DNA from: Candidatus Omnitrophota bacterium
GTDB lineage: Bacteria; Omnitrophota; Omnitrophia; Omnitrophales; Aquincolibacteriaceae
Length of the DNA stretch: 64,000 nt
Direction: 5' to 3'
NCBI GenBank assembly: GCA_903856085.1
Contig: CAIOAT010000003.1
Span: forward strand, 64,318 to 128,317
Shown: positions 35,827-47,079 of the stretch, one piece after another
Position numbering within the stretch: position 1 is the stretch's first letter
Layout of the letters: every line of letters starts with the position of its first letter
The notes under the pieces: generated by a model
What the model saw: only the letters and a program-made list of their open reading frames with translations
Databases searched by the model: none
Told to the model about the DNA's origin: nothing
Position numbers and translations under genes: made by a program

Positions 35827-36091
35827 GAGCGGGATTATATCACAATGGTTTGAATCCGAAATTACAAATTCAAACCTGGGGCGGCTGACTGAACGCTCCG
35901 CAAAGATTATGGATAGTCATAGGCATCTTTTTGTGAAAGAAAGGTAGGGGATGGAGGGTGAATGAATAGTGTGATTTTTCTGCGGCTATTGATGTTCGTC
36001 GTATTCCTGATGCGTACCGTTTGACGGATATTCCTTCCGCTGATAGAATGCTTTCCATCTTCTAACTCTTTTCCAATTGGGGACTTAGAGA

Positions 36092-37309
36092 ATGTTTCCG
36101 CCCGTCAAAGAACAGCTAGAGGTCTTCAAAGAGAATCTCGTCGAGCTTATTTCAGAGCGAGAGCTTACGGCGAAACTTGAAGGATCCCTTAAAAATAAAC
36201 GCCCTCTTCGCATCAAATACGGGGCGGATCCCTCAGCGCCTGATCTTCATCTGGGGCACACCGTTCCGCTTCGCAAACTCCGCCAACTCCAGGATTTAGG
36301 GCATACGGTGGTTTTTATTATAGGTGACTTCACGGCCCGTATCGGCGATCCCTCCGGAAAGTCCGAAACAAGGCCTATGCTCACCGAAGAGCAGGTCCAG
36401 GCGAACGCTAAGACCTATCAGGAGCAGGTGTTCCGCATTCTCGATAAGAAAAAGACCGAAGTCCGTTACAATTCCGAATGGTTGGGGACGATGCGGTCGG
36501 AGGATTTCCTGAAGCTCACAGCACAATACACCGTGGCGCGCATCCTGGAGCGCGATGATTTTTCGAAGCGCTACAAGGCAGGGGAACCCATCGCGGTTGT
36601 AGAGCTTCTCTATCCCCTGATGCAGGGGCATGATTCCGTGGAGATCGAGTCGGATGTTGAGATCGGCGGAACCGATCAGAAGTTCAATCTGTTGGTAGGC
36701 CGTGAGCTGCAAAAGGCTGACGGGCAGGAGTCTCAGGTTGTGATGACACTGCCTCTGATCGAGGGCCTGGATGGCGTGCAGAAAATGTCTAAAAGTCTTG
36801 GCAATCACATTGCCTTGCAGGACACGCCGCGCGAGATGTTCGGCAAAGTGATGTCGATCCCGGACGCGATGATGGAGCGCTACTACCGCTACGTGGCCGC
36901 GCTATCTCCGAAAGAGGTGGAGCCGATTCTTGCAAGTCTGAAAAATGGAGAGCTGCATCCTCGCGATGCCAAGGCACGTCTCGCGGAAAGGATCGTTTCT
37001 CTTTTTTATTCTGAGGCGGAAGGAAAAAGCGCCCGCGAAGAATTTGATGAGATTTTCAAGAACAAAGGAATGCCGGATGAGATTCCCGTCGTCAAGATTG
37101 GTCAAAAGACGATCGATATTGTGAGCCTTTTAGTTGAGGCTCATCTTGTGACGAGCAAATCCGAGGCCCGCCGGCTCATGGAGCAGGGCGGTGTCAAGAT
37201 CGGTCACGAAAAGATCACAGACCCGAAGGCGGTCATTACGATCGGAACGCCCTTCGTCCTGCAATGCGGTAAGCGGAAATTCGCAAAAATCCAATGCGAC
37301 CTGTCGTAA
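36092..37309 (+). CDS. tyrS: Tyrosine--tRNA ligase (with C-terminal S4 domain)
   Basis: 405 aa; HIGH-type motif ([11 protein letters not shown]), KMSKS, C-terminal S4-like RNA-binding region. Confidence 0.9.
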   Translation: MFPPVKEQLEVFKENLVELISERELTAKLEGSLKNKRPLRIKYGADPSAPDLHLGHTVPLRKLRQLQDLGHTVVFIIGDFTARIGDPSGKSETRPMLTEEQVQANAKTYQEQVFRILDKKKTEVRYNSEWLGTMRSEDFLKLTAQYTVARILERDDFSKRYKAGEPIAVVELLYPLMQGHDSVEIESDVEIGGTDQKFNLLVGRELQKADGQESQVVMTLPLIEGLDGVQKMSKSLGNHIALQDTPREMFGKVMSIPDAMMERYYRYVAALSPKEVEPILASLKNGELHPRDAKARLAERIVSLFYSEAEGKSAREEFDEIFKNKGMPDEIPVVKIGQKTIDIVSLLVEAHLVTSKSEARRLMEQGGVKIGHEKITDPKAVITIGTPFVLQCGKRKFAKIQCDLS

Positions 37310-37376
37310 ATACAATGTTATATATCGAAAACGCTGGTGCGGATGAACCGCGGGTAAGTTGTCCTCGATATACGGT

Positions 37377-38375
37377 ATGCGAATGATGTCCATGAACCAT
37401 CCCGAGCCCTCCAACCTTATCCGGTTTGAAAATGTTTCCAAAAAGTATGGTGCCTTCTACGCGCTCCGCGATGTTTCTTTTGAGGTGAAGGAAGGGGAGA
37501 TCGTCGGGCTTCTGGGGCCGAACGGCGCAGGGAAGACGACGGTCATGCGTACTCTTTCCGGATTTTTCCCGCCCACCTCCGGCCGCGTTTTTGTTCGAGA
37601 CCTGGAAATGGCAAAACATCCCCACAAGGCCAAGCGGGCCATCGGCTATCTTCCGGAGACTGTGAGCCTTTACCCGGATATGCGAGTGATCGAATATCTC
37701 AGGTTTGTGGCGAAGCTCAAAGGCGTTCCGGCTCATGAACTTCGTGGACATGTCCGCAGTAAAATGTCGTTTTGCGGTCTGCTCGATTCCGGACATCGTT
37801 TGATCGGGCGGCTTTCCAAAGGTTACCGGCAGCGCGTCGGACTTGCTCAGGCGTTGATGGCGGATCCGCCGGTTTTGGTGCTGGATGAACCGACCACCGG
37901 GTTGGATCCGACACAGATCAAAGAGATCCGCGAGCTGATCCGCGCGTTAGGACAAAATCGCGCCGTAATCCTTTCGACGCACATCCTGCCTGAGGTCTCT
38001 ATGCTTTGCAGCCGCGTCATGATGATCAATCAGGGGCAAATCCTGGCAAGTGGTACCGTGCGAGAACTGGCGTCGTGTCTCGAGGACCGTGAAGCGATCC
38101 ATATCAAGATCAAGGATAAGCAAGATCAGGATCGGGCGCTCAAGATTCTAAGTCTGCTGCCAGGAATCTGGAATTTGAAGGTTTCGGAGGAAGTGAGAGG
38201 CGAGACTTTTATTTCTTTCGAGACTTCTCCGGATGAAGATTTGCGACCCCGCATCACAAAACTCTTCGTAGAGCAGGGAGTCTCGCTTTTGGAGATTCAG
38301 CGTCTGCAACTGACGCTTGAAGATATCTTTCTGGGTCTTTTAAGAGAGGGAAAACTGGGGAGGCGTTTCCCATGA
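37377..38375 (+). CDS. ABC transporter ATP-binding protein (GldA-like, ABC-2 subfamily)
   Basis: Walker A GPNGAGKTT, signature LSKGYRQR, Walker B VLVLDEP; start ambiguous (ATG 37377 or 37392). Confidence 0.8.
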   Translation: MRMMSMNHPEPSNLIRFENVSKKYGAFYALRDVSFEVKEGEIVGLLGPNGAGKTTVMRTLSGFFPPTSGRVFVRDLEMAKHPHKAKRAIGYLPETVSLYPDMRVIEYLRFVAKLKGVPAHELRGHVRSKMSFCGLLDSGHRLIGRLSKGYRQRVGLAQALMADPPVLVLDEPTTGLDPTQIKEIRELIRALGQNRAVILSTHILPEVSMLCSRVMMINQGQILASGTVRELASCLEDREAIHIKIKDKQDQDRALKILSLLPGIWNLKVSEEVRGETFISFETSPDEDLRPRITKLFVEQGVSLLEIQRLQLTLEDIFLGLLREGKLGRRFP

Positions 38376-39148
38376 GAAAGGTCCTGACGATTGCGCGAAA
38401 AGAGTTTAGCAGTTGCTTCCATTCCTGGTTGGGAGTGTTGATGGCGGCACTTTTCTTCCTGGCTTCGGGGATCTTTTTTGTGATCCTCGTGTTGAGCTAT
38501 TCGAAGATTTCCATGAATCCACAGCAGTATGGTCTTTCGAATTTCTCGGGGATCAATCAAACGCAGTATATCTTCGGGTCTTTCTTTTCAAATCTAAGCA
38601 TCATGCTCCTTTTCCTGGTGCCGATCCTGACGATGCGTTCCTTTGCGGAAGAAAAAAGGCAGGAAACGCTGGAGCTTCTCTTCACGTATCCTTTGTCCGA
38701 TTTCGAGATCGTGATCGGCAAACAGCTGGGGATTCTCTTGTTTTTTGGAGTTTTACTCTTACCTCTTTCAGGGTATTTGGCAGTGTTCCGTTGGATCGGT
38801 GGGGAATTTGACTGGGGACCGGTGTCGCTTGGATTTCTCGGATTCTGGCTTTTGGGGGCGGCTTACCTGGCGGCAGGGGTCTTTATTTCAAGCCTGACTA
38901 AAAACCCGATCGTCAGTGCTCTCGGGACTTTCAGCGTGCTGCTTGTATTCTGGATCTCAGACTGGGTGGATGATGTCGCAACGGGGCCGTGGGTGCGTAT
39001 CTTTTCTGAGCTTTCACCTCTCGCTCATTACAAGAATTTCACACTTGGGATCCTGGATGTTCAGGACATGGTTTTTTTCGGCTTCTTTTTCTTTTATTTC
39101 CTTTTTTTGACGCTTCGCTCGATCGAAACAAGAAATTGGAAAAGCTGA
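38372..39148 (+). CDS. ABC-2 family transporter permease (GldF-like)
   Basis: 258 aa; six predicted TM helices; start overlaps ATPase stop (ATGA). Confidence 0.7.
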   Translation: MRKVLTIARKEFSSCFHSWLGVLMAALFFLASGIFFVILVLSYSKISMNPQQYGLSNFSGINQTQYIFGSFFSNLSIMLLFLVPILTMRSFAEEKRQETLELLFTYPLSDFEIVIGKQLGILLFFGVLLLPLSGYLAVFRWIGGEFDWGPVSLGFLGFWLLGAAYLAAGVFISSLTKNPIVSALGTFSVLLVFWISDWVDDVATGPWVRIFSELSPLAHYKNFTLGILDVQDMVFFGFFFFYFLFLTLRSIETRNWKS

Positions 39149-40506
39149 TGCGCCAATTCTTCCTGAAATTCCAACTCTTGTTTGAAGCCGCGATCCTTTT
39201 AGCGACGCTCACGTTGGTTTATGTGGTGATCCAACCGTTCCACGAGCGGTGGGACATGACCCGCGACAAGGTCTATTCGCTTCCCCGGGCGACGACCGGA
39301 GTTTTGCGCGACCTGAAAGATCGTCCGATTGATCTGCTTCTTTTCTTTTCGCAGGATGATCCCTCCCGGCAGGGACTGGATGTCTTTTTGAAAGAATGCA
39401 GCCGCCATCATCCGGAATTCCATTACGTTTTTTATGACCCGAACCGGAGACCGCAGCTTGCGCGCAAGTTTAATGTCTCGGTTGCCAAGACGGTGATCTT
39501 CCGCTCCGGAGACCGCGAAGAGCGTCTGGTCGGGCCGACAGAAGAAGGATTTACGAACGCGTTTTTAAGGCTGCTCCACCCCAAAGATCTGGATGTTTGT
39601 TTTGTGACGGGGCATGGGGAAGTCGTGCTGGATGATGATGCGACGGGCGGGTATCTGCGTTTTAGAGACACACTTCAAGGTTATAACGCCAAGATTCATG
39701 GGATCGTGCTCACGCGCGACCATGTGCCGGACGCTTGCCAGGTAGTTGTGGTGGGCGGACCGCGTTGGGACCTGACGCCCGAGGAGTTTGCGGATCTGGA
39801 CAAGGCTTTTCAAAAAGGGAAAGGTCTGTTCTTGCTGATCGATCCTATGGATCCCGGCGCGGGAAATGCTTTTATCGAGTTTGCTAAAAAGTATGGTGTG
39901 GCCCTCGGACAGAACGTGATCGTCGATAAGGTCAGCCGCATGGTGGGCGGAGATTTTCTGATGCCGCTTGTCAGTCAATATCTGGTGACACATCCTGTCA
40001 CAAAGAGTATGAAACAGGCGACTTTTTTTCCTTTGGTCCGTACGGTTCAGCCGTCCGCAGATGTCGTGGCGGGTCTTGAAGTTGTGCCGCTGGCCATGAC
40101 GGGCGATGGGAGTTGGGCGGAAACGAATCTGCCGGCCTTGGAGGATGGGAATGCGACCTTTGATATGAAAACGGATATCGCGGGTCCTTTACCTGTCGCT
40201 GTGGCGGTTGAAAAAAAACAGGCAGGGACGGGTGCTGGGAGGATGATCCTCGTGGGGGACGGAGATTTTTTGACGAATGGTTACTTGGATCTTTCCGGGA
40301 ATAAAGAGCTGGGACTGAATATGGTCCGATGGCTCGCCAGCGATGATCGGTTTATGGATGTGAAGCGTCCGGAGCTTCGTTTTAAGCCGCTGTTGCTGGA
40401 TGTGCCACACCGGACCCAACTGATGATCCTTTTGCTTGGCGTCTACCCGCTAGCGTTTTTTGTTCTCGGCGGGACTTATCTTGTGATCCGTTTCAGGACG
40501 TCATGA
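39148..40506 (+). CDS. GldG-like ABC-transporter auxiliary protein
   Basis: N- and C-terminal TM anchors with large periplasmic domain; ATG 39148 overlaps preceding TGA; track start TTG 39136. Confidence 0.6.
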   Translation: MRQFFLKFQLLFEAAILLATLTLVYVVIQPFHERWDMTRDKVYSLPRATTGVLRDLKDRPIDLLLFFSQDDPSRQGLDVFLKECSRHHPEFHYVFYDPNRRPQLARKFNVSVAKTVIFRSGDREERLVGPTEEGFTNAFLRLLHPKDLDVCFVTGHGEVVLDDDATGGYLRFRDTLQGYNAKIHGIVLTRDHVPDACQVVVVGGPRWDLTPEEFADLDKAFQKGKGLFLLIDPMDPGAGNAFIEFAKKYGVALGQNVIVDKVSRMVGGDFLMPLVSQYLVTHPVTKSMKQATFFPLVRTVQPSADVVAGLEVVPLAMTGDGSWAETNLPALEDGNATFDMKTDIAGPLPVAVAVEKKQAGTGAGRMILVGDGDFLTNGYLDLSGNKELGLNMVRWLASDDRFMDVKRPELRFKPLLLDVPHRTQLMILLLGVYPLAFFVLGGTYLVIRFRTS

Positions 40507-41507
40507 AGCTCGTCCGAACGATCGTTTTTACCCTTCTTTTTGTCGTCGTTGTGGCGATCTATCTTTTTCAGGCACGACTTGCCAAGCAGGCTCTCGCGAT
40601 TATTCCGGATGAAGTGAACCGAAGCGTTGTTATCACCCAGGACGATGTGATCGATCGCATCACATTAGTTGACCATGTTCAAAAAACACAGATCGAACTT
40701 CGAAAAGAGAACGGAGCCTGGGTTTTAAAAGTGCCGGTCCATTATCCGGCGGAATCCCGAATTGTGGACGGACTTGCAGTGGTGGCTCGGGTGGCTTCCC
40801 GGCAGCCGCGCCTGCGGGCCGAAAAAGAATGGGCGGAGTACGGGTTGGCGAAACCGGAACTCGAGATCACGTTCAATCTTGCGGGGAAAAAGGAAGTTAC
40901 TCTTTCCATCGGCGCGCAGGCGCCGGTCGGGAAGGCTGTTTTTGCCCGCTGGGGCGATGAACGCGGGTATTTTCTTTTGCCTCCGGAGATGAGATCCGCA
41001 TTTCGGCAAAGCGTCTACGGTTTGCGGGAAAAGCGGTTGTTTCGTAATCCTCCCGAAACATTCCAAAAGATCACCATCGAAATGGGAGAGCGTAGCGTTC
41101 AGTGGAAGAAGGACGGCGGGAGCTGGTATTGGCTCGAACCCATCATGAAATTTGGTCAAAAGATCCCAGCCGCTCAGATGGACGCTATGTTGGTGGTTCT
41201 GCAGAATCTTTACGTCAAAGAATTTCAGGACAATAATAAAAAGTCCAAGGCCGAGCTCGGGTTTTTTGTGATCCATGACCGTATCCGGATCGAGTCTGAA
41301 GGTGGCAAGACGGAGACATTTTATTTTGGGAATGAAGTCCCGGACCGGAATGCCTATTACGGGCTCCGTGAAGGTGAAGATACGGTCTTTTTTGTGGAAC
41401 GAGGGAAAGCGATAGAACTTTTCGACGTGATCAAGAAGATCCAGGCAGAGAAACCCAGCTCCAAGGTTCAGGATCCAAGGCTCGAGATGGGGAGATTTTT
41501 TTCATGA
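40503..41507 (+). CDS. DUF4340-domain protein (commonly follows GldG-like genes)
   Basis: 334 aa; N-terminal TM anchor; context and size typical. Confidence 0.45.
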   Translation: MKLVRTIVFTLLFVVVVAIYLFQARLAKQALAIIPDEVNRSVVITQDDVIDRITLVDHVQKTQIELRKENGAWVLKVPVHYPAESRIVDGLAVVARVASRQPRLRAEKEWAEYGLAKPELEITFNLAGKKEVTLSIGAQAPVGKAVFARWGDERGYFLLPPEMRSAFRQSVYGLREKRLFRNPPETFQKITIEMGERSVQWKKDGGSWYWLEPIMKFGQKIPAAQMDAMLVVLQNLYVKEFQDNNKKSKAELGFFVIHDRIRIESEGGKTETFYFGNEVPDRNAYYGLREGEDTVFFVERGKAIELFDVIKKIQAEKPSSKVQDPRLEMGRFFS

Positions 41508-42196
41508 GCATTCCAACAAGGATTCGCTCACTGAATCAGTCCATTCGCGAAGTCTCTGCGAAAGTTGGACGTGATTCGCAAGACATTCGTCTTGTGATCG
41601 TGACCAAGACTGTCGAGCCCCAACTCGTCCTGGAGGCTTATCAGGCTGGCGAAAGGGACTTTGGGGAGAATCGTGTCCAGGAGTGGCAAGACAAAAAGGA
41701 TGCGCTTCCGGCGGATATCCGTTGGCATTTGATCGGGCATCTTCAGACCAACAAAGTGAAGTATGTGGCGGGTCAAGTTTCGCTCATCCATTCACTCGAC
41801 CGGCTCGAGCTTGCGGACGCGATCGAAAAACAAGCGAAAGCCAAAGGGATTGCCGCGGTGCCGTGCCTTGTGCAGGTGAATATGTCCGGAGAAGAAAGTA
41901 AGTTCGGTCTTGATCCCGCCCTGGTCGTGGATTTTGTAAGACAAATGGCCTTAAGGCCTTCGGTTAAGATCCGTGGACTTATGAGCATTGGGCCTCTGAC
42001 GGAAGATGAGGGAGAGATCCGCAAGTGTTTTCGAGAGACTCGGGAGCTTCGGGAGGATCTGAAAAATAAATTTCCTCAATATAGCTGGGACATCCTTTCC
42101 ATGGGGATGTCGGCCGATTACAGAATAGCTATTGAAGAAGGCGCAAATATGCTTAGAATTGGCTCCTTAATCTTTCCGAGGGAAGTCAAAAAATGA
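41504..42196 (+). CDS. yggS: YggS/PLPBP family pyridoxal-phosphate homeostasis protein
   Basis: 230 aa; alanine-racemase N-domain-like TIM barrel with PLP-lysine (VIVTKT), HLIGHLQTNK. Confidence 0.8.
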   Translation: MSIPTRIRSLNQSIREVSAKVGRDSQDIRLVIVTKTVEPQLVLEAYQAGERDFGENRVQEWQDKKDALPADIRWHLIGHLQTNKVKYVAGQVSLIHSLDRLELADAIEKQAKAKGIAAVPCLVQVNMSGEESKFGLDPALVVDFVRQMALRPSVKIRGLMSIGPLTEDEGEIRKCFRETRELREDLKNKFPQYSWDILSMGMSADYRIAIEEGANMLRIGSLIFPREVKK

Positions 42197-43008
42197 AAAC
42201 ATTGGGCAATAAGAAGATCGGTGTTGTCGGGGTTGGCAATATGGGTGCTTCGATCTTGGAAGGCGTGCTGGCCAGGCGGCTCACAACGTCTTCTCGCATA
42301 TGGGTTTATGATAAGGCCGTGAATAAAGCGCAGTCTTTTGCCCGCCGGCATCATGTGGGTAGGGCGTCTTCGGTCGCGGAATTGTTGGAAAAAACGGATA
42401 TCGTGCTACTTGCCATGAAGCCTCAGGATTTTACAAGTTTTGCGATGGAGCATCGGTCTTTATTCAGGCCGGGGCAAGGAGTTATCTCGATCCTTGCCGG
42501 GATGACGACGGAAAAGATCGCAAAGGCTCTTGGGAAAAACGTCACGATCGTGCGGGCGATGCCGAACCTGGGGGCCAAGGTGGGTCAGTCCATGACCGTG
42601 ATTTGTGGAAAAAACAAAGCGGCGCTTTCTTTTGCCGGGACGCTTTTTGCCGGATGCGGGGAAGTCGTGACGCTTCCGGAAAAGATGCTGGACCTTGTGA
42701 CCGCGATCAGCGGCAGCGGGCCGGCCTATTTTTTCCATCTGATGGAACTTTTAACGGATTTCGGCGTGAAGCAGGGGCTTCCGTCCACGGTTGCTGAGGT
42801 TTTGGCCGTTCAAACAGGCTTGGGAGCCGCGCTCTTGGCGAAAAGTTCTGAAGAATCTTGTGGGGAGTTGCGTGAACGGGTAACCTCGAAAAAAGGGACG
42901 ACGGAGGCCGCTCTGAAAACTTTACAGCGAAAGAAATTCGGGAAAATCTTTCAGCAGGCGCTTACGGCGGCCATGAACCGGAGCCGCGCGTTGCGGAAGG
43001 CGGTCTGA
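42193..43008 (+). CDS. proC: Pyrroline-5-carboxylate reductase
   Basis: 271 aa; Rossmann IGVVGVGNMGASI; P5CR C-terminal dimerisation pattern. Confidence 0.8.
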   Translation: MKTLGNKKIGVVGVGNMGASILEGVLARRLTTSSRIWVYDKAVNKAQSFARRHHVGRASSVAELLEKTDIVLLAMKPQDFTSFAMEHRSLFRPGQGVISILAGMTTEKIAKALGKNVTIVRAMPNLGAKVGQSMTVICGKNKAALSFAGTLFAGCGEVVTLPEKMLDLVTAISGSGPAYFFHLMELLTDFGVKQGLPSTVAEVLAVQTGLGAALLAKSSEESCGELRERVTSKKGTTEAALKTLQRKKFGKIFQQALTAAMNRSRALRKAV

Positions 43009-43310
43009 TGTTCGTTTTCGGGATCGTTTTCCAGGGATTGGCCATGCTCGTCAACGGGATCTGTACGATCCTCTACTGGCTGCTTTTTGCGCGGATCATC
43101 ATCTCCTGGTTTCCGGTGGATCCTTTCTCGGGGCCGGTGCAATTCCTGATCCAGGTGACGGATCCGATCCTCGAACCTCTGCGCAGGCTCCCGATCCGTA
43201 TCGGGATGATGGACTTCTCGCCGCTTCTTGCTTTTTTCATGCTCTACATTACGAATCGCGTACTCGTCACAGTTCTTTTAAAACTGGCTTACAAATTTGG
43301 CGGAGGTTGA
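43008..43310 (+). CDS. yggT: YggT family membrane protein
   Basis: 100 aa; two TM helices, conserved FARIIISWFP pattern. Confidence 0.75.
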   Translation: MFVFGIVFQGLAMLVNGICTILYWLLFARIIISWFPVDPFSGPVQFLIQVTDPILEPLRRLPIRIGMMDFSPLLAFFMLYITNRVLVTVLLKLAYKFGGG

Positions 43311-43311
43311 T

Positions 43312-44160
43312 ATGCCCATGAAACGTTTTCAGAAAACCCAGGCTCCTACGATGGAGCGGATCACAAAATGTCTGGCGTATGTTCGGAAGAAAACATCCTT
43401 CAAACCCGAAGTCGCGTTGATCCTTGGGACCGGACTCGGGAATCTCGCCAAGCGCATCAAAGTTGAAAAGGTCTTCGCGTATGAGGAGCTTCCTTTTTTC
43501 CCGAGGACGACGGTCCAGTCCCACAGCGGAAAGCTGATTTTAGGCGAGCTGGGCGGCAAGAAGATCGCGGCGATGGAAGGGCGGTTCCATTTTTATGAAG
43601 GTTATTCGCTCGAGGAAGTGACCTTTCCGGTGCGTGTTCTGCGCGAGATGGGTGCCAAGGTGCTTGTGGTTTCGAATGCTGCGGGGGGGCTCAATCTCGG
43701 CTACAAAAAAGGCGAGATCGTGATCATTACCGACCAAATCAATTTCATGGGCGTGAATCCGCTTGTCGGTCCCAATTTGGATAAGCTTGGTTCCCGGTTT
43801 CCGGATATGTGTGAGCCCTTTTCCAAGCGCCTGATGGATCTGACGCTTTTGGCTTCGAAAGAAGTCAAAGTTCCGGTGAATCAAGGGGTTTATGTCGGAG
43901 TGACGGGACCTTGTCTTGAGACCAAGGCCGAGTACCGGATGATGCGGAATTTTGGTGCCGATCTCGTGGGGATGTCCACTGTGCCGGAGGTGATCGTGGG
44001 CGTGCACATGGGGATGGAGATCCTGGGCGTGAGCATTGTGACGGACACTTGCGATCCGGACCATTTGGAACCCTGTGATATTCAAGAGATCATCAAGACT
44101 GCCAATGAGGCCGGTCCGAAACTAGATAAGCTCATTACTGCGGCTATTGCGAAATTCTAA
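43312..44160 (+). CDS. Purine nucleoside phosphorylase (PNP-I/PunA family)
   Basis: ATG 43312 with GGAGG RBS; motifs GTGLG, SNAAGGLN, MSTVPE. Confidence 0.8.
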   Translation: MPMKRFQKTQAPTMERITKCLAYVRKKTSFKPEVALILGTGLGNLAKRIKVEKVFAYEELPFFPRTTVQSHSGKLILGELGGKKIAAMEGRFHFYEGYSLEEVTFPVRVLREMGAKVLVVSNAAGGLNLGYKKGEIVIITDQINFMGVNPLVGPNLDKLGSRFPDMCEPFSKRLMDLTLLASKEVKVPVNQGVYVGVTGPCLETKAEYRMMRNFGADLVGMSTVPEVIVGVHMGMEILGVSIVTDTCDPDHLEPCDIQEIIKTANEAGPKLDKLITAAIAKF

Positions 44161-44232
44161 AATCTCGGGAAACGGGGAATCTTCAACGGATAACCCAACT
44201 GTTTCCCGTGAATCATTCCACGGCATTTAAAT

Positions 44233-47034
44233 ATGACTGAGCCTAAAAATTACAAAGATACTTTAAATCTTCCGCAGACTTCCTTTCCGATGAAAGCGAA
44301 TCTGGCCCAGCGTGAGCCGGAGATGCTTAAAAGCTGGGAGGCGGAAGGTGTGTATGCTGCGATCCGCGCGAAGTCCGCGGGCAAGCCCAAGTATGTTCTC
44401 CATGATGGTCCGCCTTACGCCAATGGCCACATCCATATCGGTCACGCGCTCAATAAAGTCTTGAAAGACCTCATCGTGAAGTACCAGACCATGCGCGGCC
44501 ATGACGCGCTCTATGTTCCGGGCTGGGATTGCCATGGTCTGCCGATCGAACACGCCTGTTTAAAAGAGATGGGCAAGCGCAAGGAGGAAGTGGACCGGGT
44601 TGAGTTCCGTCAGCAAGCGCGCAAGTATGCGGAAAGATTCGTCGGGATCCAGCGCGAGGGTTTCAAACGGCTCGGCATTTTCGCGGAATGGGAAAAACCT
44701 TATCTCACGATGAATTACGAATATCAGGCCTCGATTGCGGCGTCCTTCATCAAACTTTACGAAGACGGTTTCATCGAACAGCGCTTGAAGCCCGTTCCTT
44801 GGTGCTATGACTGCGATACGGCACTCGCCGAAGCCGAGCTGGAGTACGAGGATAAGATCTCAAAATCCGTTTATGTGAAATTTCCGGCGAATCATGCCAA
44901 GGATGCTTCCTATCTTGTCTGGACGACCACTCCCTGGACGCTTCCTGCCAACGTTGGTTTGGCACTTCATCCCGATCTGGAATACGTTACGGTTGAAACC
45001 GATAAGGGGAAACTTATTTTTGCTCGTGATTTAATGCAAACTCTTCAGGAAAAACTTGACCTTAAGGAAGTCAAAGAGATCGAATCAAAAAAAGGAAAGG
45101 ATTTTATTGGTCTTGAGGCAAGGCATCCTTTTCTCGACCGAGTTTCAAAGATAATTTCAGCGGACTATGTATCAGCGACCGATGGCACGGGAATCGTACA
45201 TATCGCACCGGGACACGGGGAAGATGACTACAAGTATGGACATTTGGAAAATGGGCTTCCGATCGTTTCGCCTGTGGACTCGCGCGGAAAATTCACCGCA
45301 GAATTTCCGCTCTGCCAAGGGGATCATGTTTTTAAAGCCAATCCGAAGATTGCAGCCCTTTTGACCGAAAAAGGTCTTCTCCTCAAAGAAGAAGATTATT
45401 CGCACAGCTACCCGCATTGTTGGCGCTGTAAAAAGCCGATCATCTTCCGCGCGACGACGCAATGGTTCATGAAAATTGACCACAAGGATCTTCGTAAGCG
45501 CATGCAGGGAGCTATCGAAAAGGATATTCAGTTCATTCCGGATTGGGGCAGGAAACGTATCGGGGCTATGGTCGAAACGCGGCCGGAATGGTGCCTTTCC
45601 CGTCAGCGTTATTGGGGAGTGCCGATTCCGGTGATCCGCTGCAAGCATTGCACCGGGGTGCACTTTGTGAAGGAATCCAAGGCGAAGATCCTAGAGTTTT
45701 TCGAAAAAGAAGGAGCGGACGCGTGGTTCGCGCATCCGGCGGAGGCGTTTCTTCCGGCTGGGGTAAAATGTCCAAAATGTCACAAAAGCGAATTTGAAAA
45801 AGAAACCGATATCATTGACGTCTGGTTCGATTCGGGTGTGAGCCATCAGGCCGTACTTCATCGCCATCCCGGGCTCAGGTTTCCCGCGGATCTTTATCTT
45901 GAGGGTTCCGATCAACATCGGGGATGGTTCCAAAGTTCGCTTACCACGTCGATGGCGCTTGAAAATGAAAGTCCCTTCAAGAGCGTTCTAACACACGGAT
46001 TTGTGATGGATGGGCAGGGGAAGAAGATGTCAAAGTCCGCGGGGAACGTTGTCACCCCGCAGGATGTGATGAAGGACTTCGGGGCAGACGTCCTACGCCT
46101 CTGGGTAACTTCCTGTGACTACCAGTTCGATGTCCGGCTTTCCAATGAGATCCTGAAACAATTGGTAGATACTTACCGCAAGATCCGCAATACGTTTCGT
46201 TATTTTCTATCGAACCTCTATGACTTCGATCCTGCGAAGCATACAGTTCCTTATGAGAAACTGCATCCTCTCGATCGCTGGGCCATGGCCAAGACCGACC
46301 GGCTGGTCGCGTCGGTGACGGATCTCTACGAACGCTTTGAGTTCCATGAGATCTATCGCGAGGTCTACGATTTTTGCGTGGCGGACTTAAGCTCCTATTA
46401 TCTGGACGCTTTAAAGGATACGCTTTACACGGCGGCACCGGACTCCTGGCTTCGCCGCTCCGCGCAGACGGCGTTTTTTTATATCCTGTCGCGACTGGTG
46501 AAGATCGTGGCGCCGATTTTACCGTTCACGGCGGATGAGGTTTGGAAATCGTACGAGCTTGAAGAGAATGTGACGACGGTCCACGCGAGCGCATGGCCCG
46601 TTTCTCTTGGAATTCCAACGGGCAATGAGTTCCGGGATTGGGAGCATCTTCGCGAGGTTCGCCACTTGATCACGCCATTCCTTGAAAAAAAGCGCGAGGC
46701 CAAGGAGATCGGTGCGGGGCTTGAGGCGAAGGTGATCTTCACTGCAGAAGATTCGGAATCGGCCGAAATATTACATAGATATGAAAAAGAACTCGCTCGC
46801 GTTTTTGTCGTGTCCCAGGTCGCTCTGGAAACAAAGACCGTGGAGGGTATGGAGGCCGCAGAAGGTCTTTCCGCGGTGCTCCAAAAGAAATTCGGATTGA
46901 AGGTCCTTGTGACCAAAGCGGAAGGCGGGAAATGTGTCCGCTGCTGGAATTATTCATCCTCCCTCGGCCGGGATCCCGAGCATGTTTCTCTCTGTCCCAA
47001 ATGCGTCGAAGCGGTCCGGGGAACGAAGCCGTGA
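44233..47034 (+). CDS. ileS: Isoleucine--tRNA ligase
   Basis: 933 aa; HIGH ([15 protein letters not shown]), KMSKS, editing domain, C-terminal Zn-binding CxxC...CxxC. Confidence 0.9.
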   Translation: MTEPKNYKDTLNLPQTSFPMKANLAQREPEMLKSWEAEGVYAAIRAKSAGKPKYVLHDGPPYANGHIHIGHALNKVLKDLIVKYQTMRGHDALYVPGWDCHGLPIEHACLKEMGKRKEEVDRVEFRQQARKYAERFVGIQREGFKRLGIFAEWEKPYLTMNYEYQASIAASFIKLYEDGFIEQRLKPVPWCYDCDTALAEAELEYEDKISKSVYVKFPANHAKDASYLVWTTTPWTLPANVGLALHPDLEYVTVETDKGKLIFARDLMQTLQEKLDLKEVKEIESKKGKDFIGLEARHPFLDRVSKIISADYVSATDGTGIVHIAPGHGEDDYKYGHLENGLPIVSPVDSRGKFTAEFPLCQGDHVFKANPKIAALLTEKGLLLKEEDYSHSYPHCWRCKKPIIFRATTQWFMKIDHKDLRKRMQGAIEKDIQFIPDWGRKRIGAMVETRPEWCLSRQRYWGVPIPVIRCKHCTGVHFVKESKAKILEFFEKEGADAWFAHPAEAFLPAGVKCPKCHKSEFEKETDIIDVWFDSGVSHQAVLHRHPGLRFPADLYLEGSDQHRGWFQSSLTTSMALENESPFKSVLTHGFVMDGQGKKMSKSAGNVVTPQDVMKDFGADVLRLWVTSCDYQFDVRLSNEILKQLVDTYRKIRNTFRYFLSNLYDFDPAKHTVPYEKLHPLDRWAMAKTDRLVASVTDLYERFEFHEIYREVYDFCVADLSSYYLDALKDTLYTAAPDSWLRRSAQTAFFYILSRLVKIVAPILPFTADEVWKSYELEENVTTVHASAWPVSLGIPTGNEFRDWEHLREVRHLITPFLEKKREAKEIGAGLEAKVIFTAEDSESAEILHRYEKELARVFVVSQVALETKTVEGMEAAEGLSAVLQKKFGLKVLVTKAEGGKCVRCWNYSSSLGRDPEHVSLCPKCVEAVRGTKP

Positions 47035-47079
47035 AACAAAGGGGATGCCCCCATTTTTAAAAAAGATGTACCTTTCCAT

